Positions 12,095 through 24,514 of a DNA stretch of 64,000 nt are shown piece by piece. The stretch spans positions 13,640,001 to 13,704,000 of the forward strand of contig OZ116701.1 in the NCBI GenBank assembly GCA_964199315.1, read 5' to 3'. Each line of letters opens with the position of its first letter. The stretch's first letter is position 1. The position numbers and the translations under genes were made by a program. The notes under the pieces are model-generated. The model saw only the letters and a list, made by a program, of their open reading frames with translations. It was not told the origin of the DNA and searched no databases. The DNA comes from Orbicella franksi. Taxonomy: Eukaryota.

Positions 12095-13730
12095 TCCAGC
12101 CCGATACCAAACATGCGGTCTCATAAACGAAAGTGCGAAAGTGTTTCCTCTGCACCATGATCTGGTGGATGAATGCATTGTATGCGGTGTTTAGGGTTCT
12201 AGGTCAGACCAGGAAGCTTCTTCACAAGTATTGGCCTATTAGTTTATCACAAACCTATATCCATAAGGAGTTGGCCCCAGCACACATCAAAGAAGACATC
12301 AAAGCTGTAGGAAAGCTGGTGGATCAGCTCAAGGATGTTATCATCTAGCCATGGAAGCAACATGCAGCATTAACGAAATTGTCCACGCCAGGTTATCAAA
12401 GTAACAAGTGAAGTAAGTGATGACATTACAGGCCAAGAGCAAGGTAAAGAAGGCAGTCAACAACTTTGTAATGACCATTGCTCTTCTAATCCCACTTCAG
12501 ATTACTTAGATCCATTGAAGAAAGCCAAGCTGAAGTCTTTCAAGGTTCTGTAGGCTGTGCATAAGGTTCCCAACTGGGATGTAGTACTTCCTCCTCGTAT
12601 GGATCGGGAGGTATTTGCTCTGATGGCACATGCTGGTCTCTTGCCGACCCTTGTGGACTCCCGCCAAAAAAAACTGCGCAAAGCCAAACTCTCCCAACAG
12701 CTAGACTGACGCATCACAGTCACCGAGAAATACCCAGAGAATGCAACCAGTATTTTCAGTATATCTGGAACGGTGGTCTTCCAGAAGTTGAATATCCCGC
12801 CCCCTAGAGGCATGTCTCGTGTGGTTGCTAAGAGAGTGTTTGAGTTGGTAATGAGCACAGGGAAAAGGCACGTGGACGTAGTGTTCCGCATGTATCACGA
12901 GGTATCAATCAAGAATGTCGAAAGATTTTAAAGAGTGTCTACCTCTGACAGTGGACAGTACAAGAACATACTTTCTGCCTATACTTTGAAGTTAGGGAAC
13001 AAGCTTTTCAGTATCATGGCAAACAAGCCTGACATTGCCAATTCCCTCAGGTCACAGTGGAAGAAAGAAGCATTCAGAGGCAGACTCAGTGACCAGATCA
13101 TGTACGTGACAGCCGAAGATCAGTGCTAGAGACTAAGATGCAGCCAAATGCAAACCAACTCCTGAGATAGGGTGTAACCATGAAGAGGCTGATATGAGTA
13201 TGGTTCTCCATGCTCGGTATGTGGGAGGCAGGTGTGTCATCCCACCCCAACACTGATATCTTTGTCCTACTGCTTGCTCAAAGCCAAAACCTTGGAATGC
13301 GCTACATGAAGAATGGAAGAGGCGGAAAGAACAGAATCATAAAATTTCTTTATTTATTACCAGCTTGGGGAAGTAACTTGACCAAGGCATTGACAAGCTC
13401 TACTTCATGAAAGTCCTAATTGGCTTAAACACAATCACAGGCTGTGATACTCTCTGGTAAGCAGTTCAGCTTCTAATTCTTCAATACAGTGAAAGGTACG
13501 TCCGAGCTATGGCGAGAAGGGCACGAGTGAACAGTATCCAAAGAGATACTGAAGGAGGCACTCATGTGACAGCTGTACGAGAAGGGGGCCAGAATATGGA
13601 TGCACTGCGCTAGGAAGTCCACTCCGCCAGAGGCGGGAAAGTCTAGCTAGAGGCTTTGCAGTCATGCCAGTCATCTCTGTGACATCGCGTTACAAGAGCA
13701 AATTATCGAGAAGCAATCTGGACAGGAGCC
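12095..13730 (+). mobile_element. Degenerate large-transposase remnant (Chapaev/CMC-like) with FEN1/XPG-PIN-like nuclease motifs
   Basis: DPLKKAKLKSF, DREVFA, LRKAKLSQQL, VDVVF...SIKNVER, CNHEEAD (13173-13193), DIFVLLL, ITGCDT (13434-13451), RANYREAIW. Many frameshifts. Superfamily label is recalled, not verified. Confidence 0.55.
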
Positions 13731-14601
13731 GTCACCACAGAGAAGACAGCTCCAGTTAAAATATGACGCTAGTGGCAGAGTATTTTTGACAATTTTTGAG
13801 GTCTTTGGAAAGGTGCTCAAACAGAGTCTTGAGTGTTTGATATAACTTCCCGATCAGAACACTAAGGAGAAAGCGAAAACTAAAATGGCTGAAATATCTG
13901 CTAAAACAATCAGATATCCAAACACCATCTTGATGAATTGTTTATGAATTTGAGAAGTTATAGATTGAAATGCAAGTGACAGCAGTGACAAAGGGCGTTA
14001 TATGAGCCTGGTGTTTCTGTACTCGAATGAGCTCTAGACTGAAGTGTGGACCTAGTTACGTGTATCTACATATATATGGTATATTGGTTCATGGCGTAGT
14101 GTGCTTAATTAACTAAATGTAGAAAAGGCTTTTACTAGTACTGTGATGTGGAGAACCTTATTGCAATACATAAACTAGAAACAAAATGGCAGTCATCGTG
14201 ACATAATTTATGACGTCATCATAGCTTGAACAACTACAGACAATACTGAAATAATATCTAAGATACTTATTATTCCAAATATACGTCCAGGCAAAATATC
14301 GTGTGCCTCTGAGAAAAAAACATATAAGACTAGTAGTAATCAGAGATTATGAGGGCACGTTCGACGCTCTCACTTTAATATATACCGTAAATAAATGATT
14401 TCACTAGCTGACTTTCAACCTGTCTATTGCTAAAATCAACATTTTTCAGCAGCAACCGAGGTTTTACAGTCAGATATGCAGTGTCAAGTCCATGCTAGTG
14501 AAGAGGTCACGATTTGTTGATACGTTGCGTGATGCCGCCAGTTTCTGTAGACTCTCAAGTTTCATAGAATATTTAAATTACGTACATTATTCTAAGCTAG
14601 C

Positions 14602-14736
14602 ATTTGCAATCACGTGCTCGTTTTGCGTGGCCGTTTATCATAAACAAACTCCGTGCGACTAATTCAAGTATTTCTCCTGTTGAATAAAGTAGTCTTATGG
14701 ATCTTGCCTTCAGAGTACTTTTCCACCAATTCCAAG
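14602..14736 (-). repeat. Dispersed repeat, inverted copy of 31130-31288
   Basis: Shared TGGAA(T)YGGTGGAAAWGTACTCTGAAGGCAAGATCCA...CTACTTTATTCA...GAGTTTGTTTA...GTGATTGCAAAT. Confidence 0.75.
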
Positions 14737-15479
14737 CAATAAAATTTCGACCAGATAAAGACTGAGCTATCTGTCGCAACTGAAACTAATCAACAAATGC
14801 AATCAAAATGTAGCTGTTCCCATGGTTATCATCCCGAAACCAAGTCGTGTTGATAAACAAGGACAATTCCCCCAGATTTCGATAAATGCTGCCATAGAAG
14901 CGTTTAAATTCGCCAAAATCTAACGCTGAGAGCACACAATAGCAAAGCGTATGGCGACTGAATGGAGAGAAGTCAAAGAAAGATCCATCAGAAAGACGAG
15001 CTGCTCACATGGCCTGCACACATACTCATGTGTTCGCTACATGTCTTATCACATGTCTTAGCATTAAACGTTACCAGTTTACTGGCCATGACATGCCCCC
15101 GCAAAAATCAGGCGGGGGTGGCCATTTTGGTGTCCTTACAGGAATGTGTTGTTTTTGACCTAAAACCACACACAGGGAAACCAACCCTGGAAAGCCACAG
15201 GTCAAATATTAAGTTTGCGTTCCACTTCATCGGACGCAAAAAATACATTTACAATTCCAAGATGGCGAGCAAAACAAGGGTATTGGGGGTAAATTTAAAA
15301 TTCCATTTACAAAGTGAAAGCTACCGTTCTATCCTTGCTATCATGCATTTTAATGATACTTACTAGTCAAAGATTAAGAATATACAGGTTTCGTTTGTTC
15401 CCCTTAAGTGAGTCATACAACCACCTCAGCTGATGGACTATGTTCCTGACAAAGTTAAGAGAGTTCTAGGATTTCTGGA

Positions 15480-16660
15480 CAACAAAAGCTAGCTGTCCAA
15501 AACTGAAGACAAGAGAGATTTTGTTTGGTATCGGATAGCAAAAAGCCAGCGCACAGAACATGGAAAGCACATACTGGAAAACTCCCAGACAGAAGCTTAC
15601 TTGGAATTCCAGGCACCACACCCTGATATTAAAATAAAGCGGCTGAAGTTTGAATCACTGAAGCCATTTTTTGTAAAACCTGCCAAAGAACACGGTAGAA
15701 AGTCATCTTTGTCGGAAATGTTGAGATTATTAGGAGACATACAAGATTCTGCAAGACTTTAGAAATAAAGATCAGGATGAGCCTGTTCTGGTTCCTGCCA
15801 CCATAACAGAGGCAGCTGAATTGACCCTTTGTCCTAAAGCAAAAGATCCATACCATAAAATGTCATGTTTGGGAAAAGAATGCGACCAATGTGATGTTTA
15901 CTTAATGAAACTCCTTCCCAAAGAAGAATCGAAAGACAGCGTGGTTATTTGGAGGTGCCATCACTATATCTCAACCAGAAAGGTTTTGGAAATTGGTCAA
16001 GAGCAGGAGAAACTGGCCCTTGTCACTAGGGAAACACCACCCTCCGAAATGCTTGGATACTTAAAGAATCTCCTTTGAAATTTTCTGATGCACTGTGTTA
16101 TGGCCAAGTGGTAATGTGATCAACTCGGCAATTTGCTTGAGCAATTACCCCTGAATCGCAAAGTCACCATCCATGACTACTCTCAAGGGTACACCTGCAG
16201 GTCTCAAGATAAAACACAGTCTGAGTATTTCGATGTGGCAAAGGTTTCCCTGCATGTCACCATCCACTACCTCTATGCCACAGAAAGGAATGATGGTATT
16301 AAAAATACTGAAGAGAATTTCAATTCTTAATCACACTTTTTTAGTTAAACAGATTTCATTTAATTACCAAAATTACAGAATCAGAAAGAAAAAAATGCAA
16401 AATGAAATAAGAGAAAAGTGTGTAGTGGCCAAAGGAGCTTAAGCTTTTGTGTTGGCCTCTACCACAGTAACACCAAGGTTGTGAAGGAACATGTGATCAT
16501 AATTTCTGATAATGGTATTCAACATAACAATTCAGTGTACAAAGTGCAGGGACTTTTGAACACAAACCTAACAAAGGATCTTGGCCAACAAATCACAGGG
16601 ATGCAAGGGTTCACTGATGGGTGTGCAGCCCAGTGTAATTGTAAAGAATCTGGAGATTGC
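15480..16660 (+). mobile_element. Third Sola-like remnant, retaining catalytic-region motifs
   Basis: KHILEKTQTEAYLEFQ...FESLKPFFVK, TLCPK...CLGKECDQC, HDYSQGYTCRSQDKTQSEYF, KEHVIIISD, FTDGCAAQ. About 150 bp of foreign sequence inserted at ~16318-16468. Confidence 0.7.
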
Positions 16661-19600
16661 TACTTACTCATACCTTAAACAACTGCAGGGTAGCATGGTG
16701 CGATATGATTAGTGATTCAAACTCCACTTGGTAGATTCAAACTGATTTAATGACAGATCAAGTCCATAAATCTAGTTCACGATAGGTGGCAACTGCAGTT
16801 ACTTAATGATATAATTAAATCTTAGCCCTGTCAGTTAAAGGGTGTGTTTTTTGTCAATCTGTGATCTATTAATCCCATAACGATTATTATCCAAATCCCA
16901 TTTAAGGTTACTGACCTAACTTTAAAATGACCTCTGCTAAATGGATAGATTGAAATACTGAGCATGTATGAAGTTATCAGTGATGTGTATAGCATAACAA
17001 AAGTGTATGTTTTGATAATTGTACAAGCATTGGATAGTTTTAGTTAACCAGTCATGGTCCAAGATCAGCCTACTTCAATACTTCTTTTAAAAAAGAAGCC
17101 GTGTATGAAGAATGTTTCAATATAGCTTAAACAGTTGGCAAAACTAAGTATTCCAGAGTTAGACATTAAAGACACATTTTATTACACCACAACAGAAAAA
17201 GTTATCGTAAACAAGAAAGGTTGTAAAAATTTGATAACACATTGCAACTTTCACTGTCCTTCCAAAGAAAGCAGAACCAATCGAATGCTAAGGTCCAAGA
17301 GAGATGCCCAAAAATGTATTACAGCTTCACAATCAAACCTGTCTTCATGCTATTGCATGTGCAGAGGAGGTTATTGAAGACTAAAATACTGACACAGAAA
17401 AAATATATGGCAATAACCTGCCATCACTAGTGTGAGGCCCACCTGTCCAGCATTGCATCATCTGCTCCAGGTCAACCAACACAGAACAGTGAGCCATTTC
17501 AACACTTTTGCAAGCATATCCTTGGCAATGTCAAGCAGACAACCTGTACAGATCATCACAATGCCTTGATCAGGATGCAGGCAGAAATTCAGAGCAGAAA
17601 ACATACTGTGCAGCTTTCTGCACATCCCTGGCCCTACTTGCAGGCTTAGGTAATAATGCAAGCTGCAATGGTTCTCAATGGTTGGAAAGAGCGGCGGACT
17701 GAAATAAGGTAGGCGAAGATGTCACTCAGTTGATTTTTTTACTTGGGCTAGCATTGATTTTTTCAGCATTTCACTGTTACAAAAACAAGCCTCCCCTGCC
17801 TGCCGAGGCTCTCCTGCATATATATTCAGTGGATTGCTTATATCAATGCAACATGTAAAGAGTGTTTGTAGATAAAATGAGTCTGCAATGAAATTTCTTA
17901 TATACCTCGGGAAATTAAAAGGTTCGAAAACTGTCATCAGGTTAACTTTGTCTGAAAAAATTGATTCCCCACGAAAACTAAACACCAACTTTCCATTAGT
18001 GACATTAAAATGTTGCTGTTTACCGGGAATATTGGGAAAGCATACAAAATTCATAACCTTTTTTGTTTACCCGATTGACAAAATTCCCATCATTTTTTGA
18101 AATTTGGAGCCTGGGCACAGCAAAGCAAGCTTAATATGTTTTTCCACTCTGAAAGGCAGAAATGAAACAAGGTGAAATCAAAGAAGTGCCAATCAAGGGC
18201 AGGTGTTGTGACTGGGAAAATGATCCAACTGCTTACCAAAAGCAGAAAACAGTATCATCCCACACTGAATTATCCTCAAATACCAGATTGCTTATCAAGC
18301 ACACCTGGAGCGCAATTCAGATTTCCTTTTGTATGGTGAAGGAATTTGGTGGAGGCACATTGTTTAAGGTGTTGAATTCTTTCAAGTCGCTTCACCTGTG
18401 AAACTCACACAGAAGCTGACCAACTTCCACCATTCACCACTTTCACACCCATGCACTGAAGTCAGGAAGTGAATACCTTGAAACAGCTGGAAAAAGTGCA
18501 TGTGAAGTCATCAGCTGGTACACTATTCAAAAACCTCATCAAACTATCAGAATATTTGACAAGCAGTAAGGCTCTGCAGGAAGAATATGAAACTCAACAA
18601 GCTTATGTGCAATCACAAGTCCTTACAAAGCATTCTGAAGCAGCAGAAAACTTCAAAGAATGAAGAAATTATTGACGACCAGAAATGATTGTTTAGAGCC
18701 AACTCTGCATGATACTGAACTACAATTGCTTATGGATCAAAGCTTTATTAATTTACATGAAAAGGCACAAAGCAATAATAGTTTGAGGGTGGAAAACAAA
18801 AGGCTGCGAAGAAAGTAATCAGCATATGCAATGAACATTAGATCAAGGTGATTAATCTTGATTTTTTTCCCCTTCGCCAATTTCGTAACTTAGCAGTTAC
18901 ATCATTAGCACATGGACTTATACAGATAGTGTTAGTGGCATGTTCCCACCAGTAGTTCTAGTTTATCGTGCACAGAGCATGCTCTTAGTAAATTAAGTTA
19001 CGTTACCCTTGGCTATTTACAGTCCAAGCAGGAACCATTGTATATCTTCATACTAATTTCTATGCTTTTTTTTCAGTATAAGTTTGGACATTTTGCCCCT
19101 TTAGTACTTTTAGTTCTGGTCTTCATACAACAGCCTATTGTTCTAGTCCAGCACATGGCAGCACCCCTGTTTTTAAGGTTGTCATTCCAGCTTCTTTAGT
19201 GATAAATCTTTGTAGTTTATCCTCCCTGTAGTTTAGGTTTCTATTTAGAAGCTCCCAATAGGAATCTTTGGCAATTTCAGTCTTCTCCTCTCTACAAGTT
19301 CCCACATCCCTCACAGTGGCGCTCAGGCAAGCATATCCAAATCGCATCATGCAATTTTATAGCTTTCAAGATTTTAGAAGTTATCATTTATCGCACTAGG
19401 ACAGTTGGCAGTATGTGTATCTAACTGGTATCATTGATTTCATTCGTGCCTTTAAAAGTTTGACTGAAAGCTTTGTCATACTACAGTTATGATTGCAATG
19501 TTTGCTATTACTGATTTGAGATTCCTGTCATCTAGTAATCTGCTATTATATAGTAATTGGTTTATTCACTGTATTGTATTTCAGTTTACATTCCATTATC

Positions 19601-21177
19601 ATTAATTGAAAGCCATCAATCACAGCTGATTTCAATGATCTTTGACCTCACTCGATCGTAAAGCATTTCCCACAAGCCAATCTCATCATGACAAGTTGTT
19701 TAGTAAGTGACCTTCGACTTTTCAACAGTTGCCATGAACCTGGTGTTACAGCAAATCAATTTTTACTTTGCAAAATGCAGGACTGTGAGCTGTTTATGCT
19801 TTTGGTTATACCTTAATTAAAATGTTCCATGAGGATCCTAATTGTGCTTTTTACCTTTGCTAAAAATTTATTTTCACAAAAGAATTGCATTCCACAGGTA
19901 ATGACTGAAAAGTCTGAACATATGTCACGAGTTGAAAAATACAGACCTACATGTAATATTGAATGCCATAAATGTTTGTCCACAAAACCAAATTGATATT
20001 CAATAAATAATCATTTTCAATAAACCAAAATTTTATTCAAGACTTGAGTTTTAACTCAATAAATAAATCTTCATAAAACTTGTTCAATGATTTTTAATTT
20101 CTATTCAGCGTAGTGAAATATTAATAAGTACACACTTTTGAAATTAACCTGGAATTATTTTTTTCAATGTCATTTTTCTGCATTCAATAATTTCTGCTGT
20201 CTTATGTGCTCACTGGATGACTTTCAAGTGACATGACATCCATGACAGTCAAGTCAGCATGGAAGAGAGCACCATCTCAGCAACTGAGAATTTCCTGTGC
20301 TACAGAGCACACTGATTATGCTGCCAAAATTTCATTTCATAGGGACTTTCAAGACTGAGTCAGGTTCTGGGTTAGAACAATAGAAATACCAGCTACCGGT
20401 ACCCATGGCTAGAACCATGCTACCCATGGCTTTCCGTGAGGATCTGGTGTGCTTTAAGGGAACATCTTTATCAGAGAGAACATTATTGATATGACTTGTT
20501 AACTTCATGTTAAAAAGAAATGTCCCATTGTGCTTGCAGGTACTGTGCAGCATGTGTGCAGAGAATGGAGGCACAAAAGAAATCAAATTTACAAGATCTC
20601 TACTGTAATGAATGAAGTGATTGTTTCTTTGTAACGCCAATTTATTTTTAAAATTCAAAGTAATTCCTGCCATATTATCACCATTTTACCCTAGTTACTG
20701 AAGTGATAGACTCACATACTATGCCCACAAAGGATAATGGGTTTTGGATTAATAAGTTTATCATACTTAGTACCAGAATTCATTGAAATCATTCAACTAG
20801 TGTCAAAAAGTCTTCATCTAAAGCATTATGACGGTACTGCCATACTTTTCAAATAAAGTTTCACTATGCTGTACCAGTACAAATGATGATTGTCTTAGAC
20901 GTCTATGGCAAAAATCACTGCCTTCACAAGAGTTAGCACACTTTCACTTTTCTCTTTTAGGTAATCCCACATTGAAGCCTCTTCCACTGACATTAAAATA
21001 AACCTTTTTTCATAGACCATTCAAGTCATAAGGGATTGTCAAGTTTTAACTTTCAAATTCATCTCTCATTTCTTTCTCTCTTTGACCCTCCTGGGGATCT
21101 TGTTGTCCCAAGAACACAACACTCCCCTGAAAATCAAATTGATCACATCTGCATCAGCAGGAGATTTTAACTATCAA

Positions 21178-21295
21178 TGCAGGATGCGAGGGTTTATAGA
21201 GGGATGGAAGTGGCATCAGACCATCATTTAGTAGTGGCCAAATTGAGGCTGAAACTCATGAAATACACTACCGGCAAGCCTAGAGTAACAAAGTA
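21178..21295 (+). mobile_element. RTE LINE endonuclease fragment
   Basis: Translates MQDARVYRGMEVASDHHLVVAKLRLKL, the end of the APE domain (SDH motif); similar to 56340-56410. Confidence 0.75.
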
Positions 21296-24200
21296 AGTCA
21301 TGCAAGGTTATACTACCTTGCAAGGTGGTATGACTTGTCCTGATAAATACCCTAGTGTGCATGTAGTGATAGACACCTACCAAACAATCTGGCAGTATTA
21401 TTTGCCAGACACTTACTTCATGATTCAGTTCACCTTGTTCACATTGTCTTGCACTTAAAAGTAATGAATGTTGCTTTACTGTTAGATTGACAGGATTACA
21501 ATATTTCATCTCTGGGGACATTAACCATATCCTCTGGAAAAAACAACTTCTCCGTTGCTGAACATAGGAAAATCAACACAAAAGGAGTCATTGAAACTGC
21601 ATTCTCTCCCTGCCTTTTTTGAAAGCCCAACTTCTCTAATTTGAATTTTCTAAGCAGAGCATCTGCCAGGATACGGATCTGATTAATTGCCAACATCCAC
21701 ATCTTCCACATAATCAGATTTTTTTACATAAAACAGAAAAATTGTTTCATATTGGCAATAAAACAGCTGCTTACAATCCCCACAAGCAAAACGTCTGAAG
21801 AGATTGATTATTTTGAAGCAGTTTTCCCCCAAAACAACGACCAAAACCAGCCATTTCTTTTACAACAAAATTTTTAACCTCCATGTTTAATCTGAACCAC
21901 AGGAGGAAGGATGTTTGAAAACTGCTTACCAACACAATAACAATGCTGACAAATATATGCCAACCTTTTCATGACTTGCAGTGCTGTCAATAAGGGCCGG
22001 TAGCTGGCCGAAACAGCCAGCTACTGACCAATCTTTGGCCGACTACTTTCGTCTCATTTTACTGTTAATTTTGGTAAGAAACTTAAAATAAGGAAACGAT
22101 CCCACAAAAATAATTGTGAGACATCCACCTCAAACATCTGAGTCGAAATAAAGACGCATTTCAGGAGTTTTAAACATGTTTACCTTTCCTAGGCGCGATG
22201 GAAGTTGATCGAAGAATCATGGAATGCCTGCAACATTTTCACAGAACAGGATCCAGCAAGAAACCAGCTAAAAATAATGAAAAGATCCTGCAAAAATAAT
22301 TGTAAAACATCCAGCTCAAACGTCTCCGCCTAAGTAAAGGCACATTTCTGGAGTTTTAAATGTGTTAACCTTTCAGTGGAAGTATAAAAAGTCGAAGCAG
22401 ATCGAAGAGTCATGGAATGCCTGGGACATTTTCACAAGACTAGACCCCAGGCTTTCGCATGTGCTAAAATGGCGTCCGCGCCAAAGAAACCGAGGCAGAC
22501 ATTGCTGAGCACGTTTTTTCACTCTCCATCGAGTGAGCAAAGCAAAGGTAAGCACCTTTTTATTCATTTTCGCATGTATTACAAGCATAATGTAAAAACT
22601 TTGTATTTCTGTGATTTTAACGCTTGAAATCGTGATATGCATAAAGCACACTTACAACAGGTTTCTTTGAACCGGGTTCTTACTCAGTAGAGCAATCACC
22701 ATTAATGTTGTTGTAGTAACACTATTAAACCCCTGTAACTTTGTTGGCTCCTTAACTGGAAATATTGAAATAATGTCAAGTGCCAAGCTGCTTAGTTCTG
22801 TAAGAGACAACTTTTAAACTTGCAGTATTTGCTTCTTCTTCTGACAGAAAGCGAGGGTTCTGTTAAGCTTACAAGTATACTTGTTGGTACGTTGGGGTCC
22901 GAAGGTACAGTATTTTTTTTTTTTAGATGTGAGAGAGTTTCAGTCACAGAATTGTTGGTTAAATACACAAAATCCTAACTATCTTTAATAATTCCTTTGT
23001 GTTGGATTTTTTCAAAACACCACAGGGAATGAAGGAGGATGTAATGAAAGTACACTTTAACGTGGTGAAGCTCATGTTGAAGTTGGTATGAATCATTTGT
23101 AATTGTTGAGCACTATTTTGCTCCAGCACATAAGATGGTACAAAATATAACAAGAATAACCATGGTTTATTATTTTTCTTCAGCAGCAGCCCCTGTGGAC
23201 ACTGAAAACAAGCCAACACATCGTTCAACTAAACCTGTTCCTACTTCTCGTGCAATTGAGCTAATAAGCCAGTATTTTAAAGAGTCACTAAAACTTCACT
23301 ATTTTTATAAATGCAAAGAAGGTTGAAGAAGGTTGAAGAAATTATGTGATGGTCGTTTTAAGCATGACTGGATTCTTGACAGAGAAGTTGGATATTGTGA
23401 GAAGACCGCTTTGTGGTGGCTCGTATATGAAGAAGGGAATAGTATGTTTTGCTTGCTGTGCAGAATGCACAATTGTGAAAATCCATTTAACTATCAAAAG
23501 AAGTTTAACCAGCTCCCTGCTGTAAGATTTAAAAAGAGTGTACTGGTTGGAAAAGATGGACACAGTGGCTCACAACAACATGAGATGGCCATCCAGAGGG
23601 AGCACAATAAACGAGTGTCATACTTTCACAAAAAGTTCAAAACCCAGCTACAGACAAAAGATTCAGTGTTGCACCATGCTTTCCTGTCAGCATATTGGTT
23701 GGCCAGAGAAGAAATTGCTAACCGCAAGTTCACATCTTTGTTGGAACTAGAGGAAATTCTTCGCGTTCCCGAAATACGTCGTTTTGATCACAGATCTCAA
23801 GGTTCACAACGAGAATTGTTTTTGCTGCTGGGCCAAGCTTTGAAGGATGAAATAGTAAAGAAGGTAAAGAACGCAAACAGCTACAGCCTGATAGTGGATG
23901 AGGCCACCGATGTCTCCGTGGTAGAGCAGCTGATATCTTTTATACAGTTTGCTAACCCAGAGACAGGTGCACCAGAGGTCCATTTCCTGTCCATTCAGAA
24001 TGTCCTGGAAAACTCAACATCAGCAAATGTAGCCACCATTGTGAAACTACTCAGAGAGGAAATCAACAAGCTCAGCAGTCTAGCCAGTGATGGGGCAAGT
24101 GTTATGACAGGCTCTCGCAATGGGTGGCAAGCCAAGCTGAGGGAAACAGTCCCAGCCCTCATTAACATCCACTGTATCTGCCATCGCCTCGCCCTTGCTT

Positions 24201-24514
24201 GCAATGATGCAAATGACAACCTGACCCCAATATCGCAAGTAGAAACTGTCCTTCCGCAGCTGTGGAGTTTCTGTGAAAACTCCGCAGTAAGGTCAGCAGT
24301 TTACAAGCAAATTTCCTCTGAGATGAAGGAACTTGAAAGCATGTCTGAAAAGAGCAAAGTAAAACTCACAACAAAGGTACAGAAAGCATGCCATACAAGA
24401 TGGCTATCTCTGGATAAGTCTGTAGAGAGTGTGTCGAAACTTGCCAGCCCTTCTTCAGACCTTGCGATGGTACCAGAACAAGGACTCTAACCCTACAGCT
24501 ATAGGCCTCCTTAA

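Noticed and set aside
19135-20673. Minus-strand ORFs 19135-19350 and 20332-20673 as genes
   Set aside because: No recognisable motifs or splice context; the lengths are compatible with chance.
22120-22440. CRISPR-like or other regular repeat array (also considered 35700-36050 and 32101-32390)
   Set aside because: Only two or a few irregular copies, no constant repeat-spacer period, and a eukaryotic transposon context.
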